Below, one piece after another: positions 19,002 to 29,438 of a DNA stretch of 64,000 nt. Under the pieces are notes generated by a model. It did not search any database, was not told where the DNA came from, and worked only from the letters and a program-made list of their open reading frames with translations. The position numbers and the translations under genes are program-made. The stretch comes from a virus (taxonomy: Duplodnaviria; Caudoviricetes). The stretch lies in IMG/VR virus record IMGVR_UViG_3300042507_004106; one strand, given 5' to 3'. Numbering within the stretch: position 1 is the stretch's first letter; each line of letters starts with the position of its first letter.

Positions 19002-21152
19002 TTAGAATGTTCCGATTACTTCTTCAAAGTCAACACCAGTCTTGGTGGCGATGAAGGTCAGACCGATGAAGTTAATCGATCTGGAAGGTTTAATATAGAT
19101 ATCAGCAACGAATTCATTATTATCTATAATAGCAGCTGTGTTATTTGTTTCATCACAAACAACAACGTAATCAAAAATACCTCTCTTAGCTTGAACATCA
19201 CGGAGGAAAGGTTCAATAGTGTTTACAAAGTTCGTTCTAGTGATCTCGTCATTGAATTCAAAGAGTTGATCTTTTGCTGCCTGGGAAATAGCGTCCTCAA
19301 GATAAACAAAGAGACGACGAACATTGATTCTATCAAATGCTGATGCCTTAGCAAGAGCAGTTCTATCTCCAAAGAGAATAATTCCAGCACCTGGTGAGAA
19401 AATAACTGGATTAACTCTATTGCTATAGAGGCGATCTCTTTGTGATTTTGATGGGTTGTAAGGTAGTTTTACTGCGTTCAGAATTGCGCCTCTTGAAGTT
19501 CCTGCGGGCGAATACCAAGGGAAGTTATTGATATCATTACGAGCACAAAGACCTGCAATGTCTCCATTCAGAGGAACATATCTGAAAGTATTTGAGAATC
19601 TATCATACATGTACTTATATCCACTATCAAATACTGCATATGACGAAGAAGCAATTGAAGAGTAGAATGATAGAACGTTAGATGTGATAGTTTCTGCAGA
19701 ATTTACTGTTACAGCAGTTTGTGATGATGTATCAGTAATTGCTGCTCCCCTATATGGTGAAATGAATGCGATCGAATCTTTTCTAAGTTCTGCTACAGAG
19801 ATTAACTTGTTTGCAAGTGCTTGAGCAGTTTCTTTACCATATCCAGCAGATCCCATTAAGAGGAAGTCTACCTTAAAGTTCTCTGTATTTTCAAAAAGAT
19901 CATATCCAGCAGAGAGATTTGATAGATCTACAGTTAGAGCTCCTGCAGTTGTTAAACCTACTGATCCATCGTAATTTTTGCCGCCAGTTAATGTATTCGT
20001 TGTTGCTCCAGTAGCAGCAAAGGTAATTCCTTCAGCTGGTTGATCCCAACCGATATCGGTAACTTTGGCGAATCCAGAACTAAATCCTGTAGTTACAATA
20101 CCTGCAGGTGCTCCGCCAGCGAAAACATACTCGGAATTAGTTGCAAGATACTTTCTCCAATAGGATGGAGATCCTGCAGAAAATTCAGCATCGGTTGCTT
20201 TAGAAAGACTTAAATGCTTTTCTAGAATGGTTCCTGCATTTCCAGTTACCTCTCCGATAGCATCAATAACTACAACGTGAACTTCATCAAATCTGGAATT
20301 TCTTGCATCAGCGTATGCAGTGGTCGATGGTCTTGGTGCTACATTATTCCAGTTAATTGATGATGTGGTTGTTAGACCAATTGTTTGTTGATCAAACCAA
20401 TCAAACGATAAAGAAACTGCAGTAGTTGAAACTCCAACACTGCTGTTATTGATTACTGTTACATTACCTGTAGTTGTGAATGAATATAAACCATTTGGTT
20501 GATAATCAACTGCAGTTTCGGTTCCTGCAACAGATACCTGACTTAAAACTTTTACGCCGATCGTACCTGAACCAATCTCAGTAATGATTCCTTTTAAATA
20601 TCCAGATGCTGCAGAAGTTGCACCAACACCAGCAACGATACCGGTTAAAGCTTGGGTAATTCCGTAACCTACAACAGCTCCAGTTGTATTGATTCCGAGA
20701 ATTTGGTCTGCCTTAGCATCAATAATCGCTACTTTGAGACCATTTGCCCAAGAACCAGGGTTCTTTGATGCAAATACAACATCAGCAATAGTATTATCGT
20801 CGTAACCAAGTTCTTCGTAATGCTGTAAACTCTTAATTTTTACACTGGATGCAGTTCCAACGAAAGCATTTCTCAGTTGTGCATCATCAGCTCTTACAAC
20901 TCTGAGTGAACCACCATAAGAAAGATATGATGATGCAACTAACCAATGCTCATAGTGCTTATCTACTGAGTATGGTTCTCCAAAATTGTTTAACAATGCA
21001 TTTTCATTTTCTACCAAAGTTGGAGAATCTACAGGTCCTTTAGCAAATGGTGCTACAATTGCACCTATTTTGTTTGATGAAGGAGTAGCTCTTCCAATTG
21101 TTAAATCAACTTCCCTTACTACAATTCCAGGAGATGCTAAATTTAGCGGCAT
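19002..21152 (-). CDS. gp18: Tail sheath protein gp18
   Basis: SPGIVVREVDLT, PWYSPAG, FDRINVRRLF, FEFNDEITR. Confidence 0.98.
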   Translation of the reverse strand: MPLNLASPGIVVREVDLTIGRATPSSNKIGAIVAPFAKGPVDSPTLVENENALLNNFGEPYSVDKHYEHWLVASSYLSYGGSLRVVRADDAQLRNAFVGTASSVKIKSLQHYEELGYDDNTIADVVFASKNPGSWANGLKVAIIDAKADQILGINTTGAVVGYGITQALTGIVAGVGATSAASGYLKGIITEIGSGTIGVKVLSQVSVAGTETAVDYQPNGLYSFTTTGNVTVINNSSVGVSTTAVSLSFDWFDQQTIGLTTTSSINWNNVAPRPSTTAYADARNSRFDEVHVVVIDAIGEVTGNAGTILEKHLSLSKATDAEFSAGSPSYWRKYLATNSEYVFAGGAPAGIVTTGFSSGFAKVTDIGWDQPAEGITFAATGATTNTLTGGKNYDGSVGLTTAGALTVDLSNLSAGYDLFENTENFKVDFLLMGSAGYGKETAQALANKLISVAELRKDSIAFISPYRGAAITDTSSQTAVTVNSAETITSNVLSFYSSIASSSYAVFDSGYKYMYDRFSNTFRYVPLNGDIAGLCARNDINNFPWYSPAGTSRGAILNAVKLPYNPSKSQRDRLYSNRVNPVIFSPGAGIILFGDRTALAKASAFDRINVRRLFVYLEDAISQAAKDQLFEFNDEITRTNFVNTIEPFLRDVQAKRGIFDYVVVCDETNNTAAIIDNNEFVADIYIKPSRSINFIGLTFIATKTGVDFEEVIGTF

Positions 21153-21187
21153 CTTTATTCTCCGTCTATCCAGAATTATTCTAAAAG

Positions 21188-21195
21188 TATTTATA
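21188..21195 (-). promoter_or_regulatory. Late promoter for gp18-gp19
   Basis: Exact TATAAATA; other exact copies at 15277-15284, 30256-30263 and 39497-39504. Confidence 0.75.
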
Positions 21196-21212
21196 ATTTC
21201 CTATGGTTTAAT

Positions 21213-22907
21213 CTATCTGTAGTCCCACATATAAGATCTGTCTCCATACTCATCTAAATTCCAAACTTCTAGTGGTTTATTATCGGATGATCCTGCAAAC
21301 ATCCACCTGTCTCCAGTTCCGTGTTCTACAAGAATATCCATTTCATCTAATCCATCAGATATAAAACCGAATGGGGACATATCTTGCTCAATTTGATTTT
21401 TCTGCTCTTCATAAATTCTTTTACGGACATCATTATCCGTCATTTCTTTGAAATAATCCTGAGCAACTAACCAAGAGAAGATTACAAGACACATCGCTAA
21501 GTCGTCATTACAACCTTCTTCTGCTTCAAATGAATTATGCTTTTGTGCAAATGTTGTTAATTCTGATATAATATCATAATCTACCGTAAGGAGTTTATCA
21601 TCCTCTAATAAAGTTTTGAGGTTGGAGCATCCCAACTTTTTAACTGCAGCAGTCATACGAACTCCGAGTTGGGATTTTTTACCACTAAATCCAGATCCAA
21701 CAATTTGCCCAGCACGACCACGCATCGCACACATTAAAACATTATCATACTCAAGATCAAAATGAAGAATATTAGATACCTGATCCCCAATATCATTAAC
21801 TTCAATTAATAACCAAGCATCATTGTATCCTTTTGCTACCTCGTATATAATACTTGGAAATAGCATCGGTTTAATCTCATTATTTCTATACTTCGCTACA
21901 ACTTTATATGGAAAGTTAGTTATATCAAAAACAATAAATGCAGAGTAGTCGTTTCCAAGACCTCTTGCAACGTCAACTGTGATTAGGTAGTTATGCTCCT
22001 CTTTTGGATTTACATATACATCTAATCCAGCATTTCTCTTAATCGGATCTTCATAAACAAGATTTCTCAATTTTGATGGATTAATAAGAGTATTAACCGA
22101 TCCTAAAAACTCACACTCAAACTCAACTTTGAACTGTTGTTCGGAAGTGTTCGCAATCGTCTGTTCCTTCCACGCAGCGTCCCTTCCGGGCACTTCAGAC
22201 CAATGAACATCAGTAGGTACATATTCGTTCTTGCCGCGTTCAGCGTCATGCCACATACGGTAGAAGTGGTTCATACCGCGTGGTGTTGAAACGATGATTA
22301 CCTTCGTGCTCTGTCCAGAAGAAATAGTAGGATAAACAGATGCAAAGAAGTCATCAGCAATGTGATTTGGAATGAACGCGAATTCGTCAAGAAAGATGAC
22401 ATTATAGGATCCGCCTCGGACAGCAGATGAGGAAGTAGAGTTAGATGAAATTTTGGATCCATTTTCTAGTTCCAGAGATCCTTTATTCCAAGATATAATA
22501 CCTTGTTGCATCCATTTTGGTAAGTTCTCATAAGCAAGTTGTAATCTACCAAGTAAATCTCTAGCAGTAGATGCTTTGTTTGCTAAAATAGCTATGTTTA
22601 CATTATCGTTGAATACGGCATAATGTAGTAAGTATGAGACGCAAGTTGTAGATTTACCCGTCTGCCGGGGCATCTTACAAATATTAAATCTGTTCTTGTG
22701 AAAGTTTTCAATCAACTTCTCTTGAAATGGATACATCTCAAAAGGAACTAGACCGTGATCAAGAGATACGATCTTAATATAATTTCTAGCAAAATATACA
22801 GGATCTTCTTTACACTTTAAGAACTCAATAATTTGTTCTTCAGTGAATTGAATTTGTGTATTCGCTTTTTTCAGGTTTGGATTTCCCAAATAGATATTAT
22901 CACTCAT
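21213..22907 (-). CDS. gp17: Terminase large subunit gp17
   Basis: PRQTGKST, FLDEFAF, VSTPRG, DVARG, DDLAM; no intein-sized insertion. Confidence 0.98.
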   Translation of the reverse strand: MSDNIYLGNPNLKKANTQIQFTEEQIIEFLKCKEDPVYFARNYIKIVSLDHGLVPFEMYPFQEKLIENFHKNRFNICKMPRQTGKSTTCVSYLLHYAVFNDNVNIAILANKASTARDLLGRLQLAYENLPKWMQQGIISWNKGSLELENGSKISSNSTSSSAVRGGSYNVIFLDEFAFIPNHIADDFFASVYPTISSGQSTKVIIVSTPRGMNHFYRMWHDAERGKNEYVPTDVHWSEVPGRDAAWKEQTIANTSEQQFKVEFECEFLGSVNTLINPSKLRNLVYEDPIKRNAGLDVYVNPKEEHNYLITVDVARGLGNDYSAFIVFDITNFPYKVVAKYRNNEIKPMLFPSIIYEVAKGYNDAWLLIEVNDIGDQVSNILHFDLEYDNVLMCAMRGRAGQIVGSGFSGKKSQLGVRMTAAVKKLGCSNLKTLLEDDKLLTVDYDIISELTTFAQKHNSFEAEEGCNDDLAMCLVIFSWLVAQDYFKEMTDNDVRKRIYEEQKNQIEQDMSPFGFISDGLDEMDILVEHGTGDRWMFAGSSDNKPLEVWNLDEYGDRSYMWDYR

Positions 22908-22913
22908 AATAAG

Positions 22914-24224
22914 TTACCTACTAATTTCTTCCCAGTCCATAGACCCGTGAATATCTGCACCATTAGCATTGGAAGAAGCAACGAGAGAAAGTTCATAAGG
23001 TGTCCCATTTAATGCATCTCTTTCTAACTGAAACTTGAATAATGCCTCTTTAAGAATATCAACCGGTGTTGAACCTTGATTAGACCCGTACAAATATCCA
23101 GATGCTAATATTCTTCCACCAGTATAAGTTCCACCATCAATTTTATATTCAACAGAACTATCAAGACCAGCATCATTCCAAGTTCCACCAACAGATGTTC
23201 CAGATGCTCTTACTTGCCAGTTATAAGTTGCATTATTTGTAATACCAAGAATTGAAAGTGCAGTTAGAATTACAATTGCATCCAATCTATTTGGTGTTGC
23301 TTTAAGGCGAATTGATATAACTGTATAATAAGTTCCTGCCGTTGTTAAATCGACTGGTGTTTGAACAGGTGTTCCAACTGCCTGCTGCAATCCACGCAGT
23401 TCATAACCACCTTCTGAGATAACAGTAGAACAAACCTGTTTGAGTGTGCTTGCACTAGTTGTAATTCCAGTGTTAGCAATCTCATATCTCAAAGGAAGAG
23501 ATGCTGTTGTAATATAAGTTGATTGAATTAAGTTTGCGTGATGAAATGAGTGTGCATGAATAAACTTTCCATCAATTACGAATCCAAGTCTTACTGTACC
23601 AAGTCCCAGCCACTCAATATCCATCCAAAGAATTTGTGCTTTGGAGATATCTAATGTAATACCAGAAACACCAGTTCCATCTAATTTATCAATATTCCAA
23701 TCAGATTGTGCAACTGAAGTTGAAGTTCCAGTAGATAAACTTCTTTCTACAAAATAAGGTGTTGTTCCATTAATTTCAAAATACATTCCGTTATCAGCAC
23801 CAAAATATCCAACTCTTTGTCTTAAGTTTGTTTTTGGTGTAGCAGGAATGAAAGTATTTAAAACAAGTAATGATTTCCCTGGTTGATAAGAGAATACTTT
23901 TGTAGTTTCTCTAATAACAGAATCACCACTTGTAGTTCCAATTCCAATATTGACTAATCCTTGAGCAGTTACAAATCCAACTGTAGAACCAGTTCCTACA
24001 ATCAAACTATTCCAAAGATTGTTGTCTCCATATCTATGAGAGGAATCAAATAAGGTAAGTGGTTGAGATGTTCTAGTTCTTCCAAAAGCATCTGGATTTA
24101 CACTTACAGGAAATCTATTATAGTTATCAACAACATTTCCATCCCTCGTTGCGATTAAGGGAACCTCAAAAAGTGTTCTTTCTTGATTTAGAAAGTCTTG
24201 TTCATTTTTATTCCACTGTGCCAT
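22914..24224 (-). CDS. Putative virion structural protein
   Basis: 436-aa beta-rich ORF (DAFGRTRTSQPLTLFDS...) between gp16 and gp17. Confidence 0.7.
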   Translation of the reverse strand: MAQWNKNEQDFLNQERTLFEVPLIATRDGNVVDNYNRFPVSVNPDAFGRTRTSQPLTLFDSSHRYGDNNLWNSLIVGTGSTVGFVTAQGLVNIGIGTTSGDSVIRETTKVFSYQPGKSLLVLNTFIPATPKTNLRQRVGYFGADNGMYFEINGTTPYFVERSLSTGTSTSVAQSDWNIDKLDGTGVSGITLDISKAQILWMDIEWLGLGTVRLGFVIDGKFIHAHSFHHANLIQSTYITTASLPLRYEIANTGITTSASTLKQVCSTVISEGGYELRGLQQAVGTPVQTPVDLTTAGTYYTVISIRLKATPNRLDAIVILTALSILGITNNATYNWQVRASGTSVGGTWNDAGLDSSVEYKIDGGTYTGGRILASGYLYGSNQGSTPVDILKEALFKFQLERDALNGTPYELSLVASSNANGADIHGSMDWEEISR

Positions 24225-24227
24225 AAA

Positions 24228-24536
24228 TTACTCACCCCACGATAATCTTTCTGGTCTGTATCTTTCTGCGTTTTTAACTTTTATAGAAGTAGATTCTGCT
24301 GGATAGATATTATGAACTATCGCTCCAGGATATTCTTTTTGCAGTTGCTCTGCAAGTTGATTTTTATCCATCATCTTACCTTCAACTTCCATACGATATA
24401 ATCTTCCTTGCCAAACTACATCTGCAAGAAAAGATTCGGTTGCTGTCTCTGGTTGAGATGAATTCATATAGAGATTTCCATTGAAATCTCCAGCAATATT
24501 GATACTTTCTGAAATGAATTGTTGAAAAGATTTCAT
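24228..24536 (-). CDS. Putative internal head protein with capsid-targeting-like N-terminus
   Basis: Starts MKSFQQFISES, resembling the T4 IP targeting sequence MKTYQEFIAE. Confidence 0.65.
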   Translation of the reverse strand: MKSFQQFISESINIAGDFNGNLYMNSSQPETATESFLADVVWQGRLYRMEVEGKMMDKNQLAEQLQKEYPGAIVHNIYPAESTSIKVKNAERYRPERLSWGE

Positions 24537-24537
24537 T

Positions 24538-25962
24538 TTAGTTGCAGTTCCAACGACGGAGGGCTTTGTTGATTCTGGAATCTGGATCTCTTGCAGTTTT
24601 TGTGGAAGTCAGTTTTGATTTCATTCCAGACATACGACGGCAGAATGAAGCACGACGTTTTGCTCTTTTACCTTCTGGATTTTTTTCAGTTACTGCAGTT
24701 TGAAGTTTTGAACCTGGATTCTCGCGACGATATGCATTAACTGCTTTTTGACTTAAACCATCAGTCTTATCTTGACGATTAACTTTTTGCCAGTCTTCCG
24801 ATAATCCAAAGTCTGCTCTCCAGTTTGAATATTCCTCTACCTTCATTTCACCACTATCGATATAATCTGCGGCAGCATCAATATAATCTGCTGCTTTAGT
24901 AATTTTTGATTGAACCCACGCTTCAATATTACCTTCGCCCTTCATTTTTTTACGAAGTCTCTTTGCAGCAGAGATGATTGTAGAAATTTCTGAGCGAGCC
25001 ATTGAGTGCTCATGATCATAAGACTCTGGAAAATTACCAGGATGTACAGTTGCGATATTATATTTTAATTGATTAGTTGTTAGTGCTGAAGGAATTGAGA
25101 ACATATCCCAATACTTTGGTCCATATTTGCACTCACTTCTAGTTTCATCTTTTTTGCATTTTGGACAATATCTGATCATTGATTGTTCCTCCTTTACTGG
25201 TACACAATTTGGGACCATTTTTTTACCTTTTTTCTTCATTCCTTCTTGCTTATATCCATCCCAACAATCTTCTGATTTAGTTCCCCAGTTAGCAGCACCA
25301 ACCTTACGGCACTTAACCAATGCTCCTGATGCATATGCACTTGGCCAAACATCATATCTAGATTTTACTTTTTGATAACAAGCATCTTTCTTACCACTAC
25401 CCTTGCCTGGTTTATCTTTAACTTCTTGTAAGTTCATTTCTTCAGTTCTTACGTTTGTTGGTTTAGCGCCACCAGTTTTTTCTGGTTGATTTGGATCTAA
25501 TCTATTTTTTCTTCTTCTTGCCGCCTCTTCTTCATCTTTAGACAAAGATCTTTTCATTTTTGAACTTCCGCATTTTGGAGTAGAAGTTTGACCTGGTTGA
25601 CGGGCACAAGGTTTACCTGCCCATTTTCCACCTAACTGAACCCACCCCCTTTTACCATCAGATGATTTAGATTTATTAAACCAATCGTGAAGACCTTGAT
25701 CCCCAGAAGTAGTTTCTTCTTTCACATCCTTAAACTTTTTATGATGCTTTTTAGCATCTGACTCCATTTTTTTCAAACGAGTATAATAATCTGGAATTTC
25801 ATCTAGATGTTGAAGAGCAATATCTGTAGCAAGATCTTTATCTCTAGTATGCTCGTGCTCAATAGGAATTCCCATTTCAAGTTGCTTTCTTATGAAAGAA
25901 GCATCTAAGCGATGTTTCTTCGCAATTTCTTCAACTGTTTTATGGGGTTTGACCTTATGCAC
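24538..25962 (-). CDS. Modular multi-domain protein, probable processed internal head polyprotein
   Basis: 474 aa made of short, mostly basic modules bounded by Glu motifs; first module resembles DUF5661 (GIPIEHEHT...IALQHLDEIPDYYTRL). Confidence 0.75.
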   Translation of the reverse strand: MHKVKPHKTVEEIAKKHRLDASFIRKQLEMGIPIEHEHTRDKDLATDIALQHLDEIPDYYTRLKKMESDAKKHHKKFKDVKEETTSGDQGLHDWFNKSKSSDGKRGWVQLGGKWAGKPCARQPGQTSTPKCGSSKMKRSLSKDEEEAARRRKNRLDPNQPEKTGGAKPTNVRTEEMNLQEVKDKPGKGSGKKDACYQKVKSRYDVWPSAYASGALVKCRKVGAANWGTKSEDCWDGYKQEGMKKKGKKMVPNCVPVKEEQSMIRYCPKCKKDETRSECKYGPKYWDMFSIPSALTTNQLKYNIATVHPGNFPESYDHEHSMARSEISTIISAAKRLRKKMKGEGNIEAWVQSKITKAADYIDAAADYIDSGEMKVEEYSNWRADFGLSEDWQKVNRQDKTDGLSQKAVNAYRRENPGSKLQTAVTEKNPEGKRAKRRASFCRRMSGMKSKLTSTKTARDPDSRINKALRRWNCN

Positions 25963-25977
25963 AATAATAAAAAATTA

Positions 25978-26409
25978 TTACTCTTTATTATTTAGAAAAC
26001 CTTGTTTGAGTAGTTTTGAAAGTTCTGATGTAGATCCAACAAATACCGCATTGTTTGTAACGTTATTGGTTGTTTTAACTACATCTTCTTCAACATCTTT
26101 AAGTTTCTTTTGAAGATCAATTAGTTTATCTGTAACATCTCCAACAGATTTAATTAACTGACCTGCAACTTCATATGCTCTTGGACTCCCTCCCTCTCCA
26201 GCAAGTTCCATTATTCCATTAATCGCCTCTTGACCCTTCTCAATCAATGAATACAAATTTGCACGAGTGTATTCATAGTCTTTTTTTATGTCGTCAGACT
26301 TTAATGGTGCAATATTTAATTGCTCTTTTACTTCGTCTACTTCGACTATTTTACTCTCGATGTTGAGAGCATCGTCCAATCCCTCATAATTATTCTTCAT
26401 AATTCTCAA
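25978..26409 (-). CDS. gp16: Terminase small subunit gp16
   Basis: DYEYTRANLYSLIEKGQEAI...PRAYEVAGQLIK...NNAVFVGSTSEL. Confidence 0.92.
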   Translation of the reverse strand: MRIMKNNYEGLDDALNIESKIVEVDEVKEQLNIAPLKSDDIKKDYEYTRANLYSLIEKGQEAINGIMELAGEGGSPRAYEVAGQLIKSVGDVTDKLIDLQKKLKDVEEDVVKTTNNVTNNAVFVGSTSELSKLLKQGFLNNKE

Positions 26410-27203
26410 ATATCAGTTTGTTGTGTTGGACTAAATGTTTTTGAGTCCGAAAAATCTAACCATTCCTCATCAAATCCAAAATTATCACCAGGTTCTGCAT
26501 CGTAAGGATCTGGTTGAACAGTGTATCTAACTTCTCTCTTAGCAGTTTGTCTATTCGCATCGGTATACATATCAACCTGAACCTTACGAATAAGACCATC
26601 AGTGGTATCTGCAATAGGACCAAACAGATATGCTTTTACTGTAAAATTGAAAGTATAGATCAAAATTCTTCTTGTAGAAAAATCACCTTCATAATCATCG
26701 GTAAAAGATACATTATCTAAAACAACAGGAATATCCCTCTTTTCCCCAATTGAATCAACTAAATCTACAGTTAGATTAAATGAAGGTTGGAAATAAGGCA
26801 AAATTTGCTCAACAACTTGTAGAGCATCATCTTGAAGTTTGGTCATTAGATTCAATTGGAATCCAATATTATATGGAACTGGAAGAAAAACCTTCTTAAG
26901 ATTTGACCCATCACATGCTCTAAATGTTTGTGTTACATTTGCTTTTCGAGTCGGATCATATTGAATGGAATTCATTTCAAATGCCAGTCTAGGCAAAGTC
27001 ATGGCAATTGGTTTATTAAGTTCAGGTTGCTGCTCAATTCTTGCTAAGAATTTTTGAATGGGTCCATATGCTAACGGAACCTTCATCTCACTAATACTAT
27101 CTCCAGAAGAATCTTTATGTCGTATATAAATTTCATTAAATAATGTGCCAAAGGCAATTACTGTTCTTCTTATTATTTCATGATAATAATAGTTTCCTAA
27201 CAT
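26406..27203 (-). CDS. gp15: Tail sheath stabiliser / completion protein gp15
   Basis: YYYHEIIRRTVIAFGTLFN, VPLAYGPIQKFL, QVVEQILPYFQP. Confidence 0.95.
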   Translation of the reverse strand: MLGNYYYHEIIRRTVIAFGTLFNEIYIRHKDSSGDSISEMKVPLAYGPIQKFLARIEQQPELNKPIAMTLPRLAFEMNSIQYDPTRKANVTQTFRACDGSNLKKVFLPVPYNIGFQLNLMTKLQDDALQVVEQILPYFQPSFNLTVDLVDSIGEKRDIPVVLDNVSFTDDYEGDFSTRRILIYTFNFTVKAYLFGPIADTTDGLIRKVQVDMYTDANRQTAKREVRYTVQPDPYDAEPGDNFGFDEEWLDFSDSKTFSPTQQTDI

Positions 27204-28594
27204 TAGAAGGTCCCAAATGGATTAGATTCTGTGAAATCGATGATGCCGTCCGCAGCATTTTCAATTTCTATATTTTCACTATATTTATCATATAGATCCC
27301 AATTATTATAAGATTGTACCGAATATATTGCACTAGATGCTGCTCCAACAACAAGTTCTCCAGGATAGAATCCTTTAGTTGTGACGTTATCTACAAAAGA
27401 AACCTTAAGAATCTTAGTATCACTATCCCAATATTTAACACGAGCTCTTGTTCCAGAACTCGATCCAAATACTTCCTCATTAAACAGATAAGTTCCAATT
27501 CCAGATAAAACTGGTGGTGGAGCAATGATAACTGTTGGGGCAACAGTATATCCAGAACCAGGATTTACAATCCTAATAGAACTAATTGATTGTCCAGCAC
27601 CAACTATTGCGATAGCAGATGCTGTCTGTCCAGAACCAACAGATCCAACAATGCTCACTATTGGTGAATTTACATATCCAATACCATTGTTTGTAACATC
27701 AAATTTCACAATTCCACTTCTAATAGTTTCAATAGAACAAGTGGCTAATGCATCAGATCCACCTCCTCCAACTATAGAAATTATTGGCGCAACTGTATAT
27801 CCTGCACCAGCATTTGTAAGTTGAATAGACTGAATTGAATAAACTCCAGCTCTAGAGGTTGTAATTGCTACAGCAGATGCATTTATGCCACCTATTGGTG
27901 CGGATGAAATTGCTACAGTTGGAGTAGTTGTATAATCATATCCATCATTGTTTAAAAATATTTGACGTATATATCCAGTACCAATTGTCGATGTAGCTTC
28001 TGCTGTAGATCCTAAACCAATTAATTGTAATGTGCTGATATATCCCTGATCTTCTATTTGCGTATCAATTTCATCAATACTTGTATCAATGACCTCATCT
28101 TCATATTCAAATAGTTCACATCTCAATTCATAGACATATAACTTACCTAGTTGATAAAAATTGACTTCATGCTCTACAAATTTTACTTCAAAAAGTCTTT
28201 GTCCCAATGGAAAATAAACCAAATCTCCTTCCCTTGGTCTTGAAGCAAGAACAATTTCATCATCATTTAAACCATCTAAAAATGGAGATATAAAGTCTTC
28301 AAAACGTTCTTTTGAAATAATCAGACTTAATTCATCCTTTAAACTAACACCAAATTTAGTTAATAAGTCTCCCTGACCAGTATATCCATCATAGTTATTA
28401 ATATATGCTTCAATTGCGAAATTATCATCAAATCTTGATGATTGGATTTCTTTTAAGATAGTTTGTTTCCTTACAAATTTTCTGGGTATATAAGTCACCT
28501 CTATACCATAAATTCTCAACTGCTCGTTAATTAATTCTTGAACGAGTCTCTGTTCATTTTGTGATCCCTGTAAGAAAAATGGATTAAGAGTCAT
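27203..28594 (-). CDS. gp14: Neck protein gp14 with Gly-rich insertion
   Basis: RPREGDLVYFPL, FYQLGKLYVYELRCELFEY, FTESNPFG. Confidence 0.93.
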   Translation of the reverse strand: MTLNPFFLQGSQNEQRLVQELINEQLRIYGIEVTYIPRKFVRKQTILKEIQSSRFDDNFAIEAYINNYDGYTGQGDLLTKFGVSLKDELSLIISKERFEDFISPFLDGLNDDEIVLASRPREGDLVYFPLGQRLFEVKFVEHEVNFYQLGKLYVYELRCELFEYEDEVIDTSIDEIDTQIEDQGYISTLQLIGLGSTAEATSTIGTGYIRQIFLNNDGYDYTTTPTVAISSAPIGGINASAVAITTSRAGVYSIQSIQLTNAGAGYTVAPIISIVGGGGSDALATCSIETIRSGIVKFDVTNNGIGYVNSPIVSIVGSVGSGQTASAIAIVGAGQSISSIRIVNPGSGYTVAPTVIIAPPPVLSGIGTYLFNEEVFGSSSGTRARVKYWDSDTKILKVSFVDNVTTKGFYPGELVVGAASSAIYSVQSYNNWDLYDKYSENIEIENAADGIIDFTESNPFGTF

Positions 28595-29436
28595 TATCCA
28601 ATAAAGTCGTAAGGTGGAAGTTCATAATCCATAGACATTCTCTGTCTAATACTTTCTATTTCTTTCTCAGCATCGTCATATATTTCTCTACCATTTAGTT
28701 CAATTCCTCCAGGAAGCTTAACTCCTCTGAATTTAATTAAATTTTGTCCCCATTGTCTTTTCATTAATGCAGTTAAATAACGCTTCAAGAAACTATCGTT
28801 ATAAACTCTAGTAAAATCATTTGGGTCTAAAATTCTATAGCAATCAATTACAATAAATGTATCTTTTGCCTTTGAATCCCAATCTATATCCAAATATAAT
28901 CTATCTTGCCTTTTATTAAATCTAATTTGTTTGTCAGTAGAAAGGAGGAAGTCAATATCTTCAAGGTAAGTTTTTACCATTGCATATTGTAAAAGTTCAA
29001 CGGAATTAAAATAATATAAATCATTTAGGAATAATTGATATTTAATGCTCCACATACCAGCGGAGATTGAACTAGTATCAAATTTAAAGATTTTTTCTAT
29101 ACCTATAACACTATCAGGAACCTGAATGAAGTTAGAATTCTCATAAAAATTAAAAGTTGTTGAACCTATACCAGATATATTTCCAGTTGTTGTAGTTGTT
29201 ACAATTCCAACTCCATTTGTACCTTTTGCTTTTCCTCTATCAATATCTTCTTGAGTGATTTTGTATTTCAAATACATTCTTTCCACACCATCAAAGTGTC
29301 TTTCCTGGAAATATTGTAAAGCATCATCAACTAAGTCATCAATTTGTTCATCCGCCAAATTAATTTCTAGTACTGGAGCACCTAACTGTCTTAAGCAATA
29401 ATCAATAAGTTGTTGTCTACTTGCCGGTTTTGACAT
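28594..29436 (-). CDS. gp13: Neck protein gp13
   Basis: Probable start MSKPASRQQLIDYCLRQLGAPVLEIN; KRQWGQNLIKF, LPGGIELNG. Confidence 0.95.
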   Translation of the reverse strand: MSKPASRQQLIDYCLRQLGAPVLEINLADEQIDDLVDDALQYFQERHFDGVERMYLKYKITQEDIDRGKAKGTNGVGIVTTTTTGNISGIGSTTFNFYENSNFIQVPDSVIGIEKIFKFDTSSISAGMWSIKYQLFLNDLYYFNSVELLQYAMVKTYLEDIDFLLSTDKQIRFNKRQDRLYLDIDWDSKAKDTFIVIDCYRILDPNDFTRVYNDSFLKRYLTALMKRQWGQNLIKFRGVKLPGGIELNGREIYDDAEKEIESIRQRMSMDYELPPYDFIG

Positions 29437-29438
29437 TT

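Noticed and set aside
21213-22907. Intein or intron in terminase (also checked gp23, gp20, uvsW, gp46)
   Set aside because: Lengths are normal, frames are continuous, and no splicing motifs are visible
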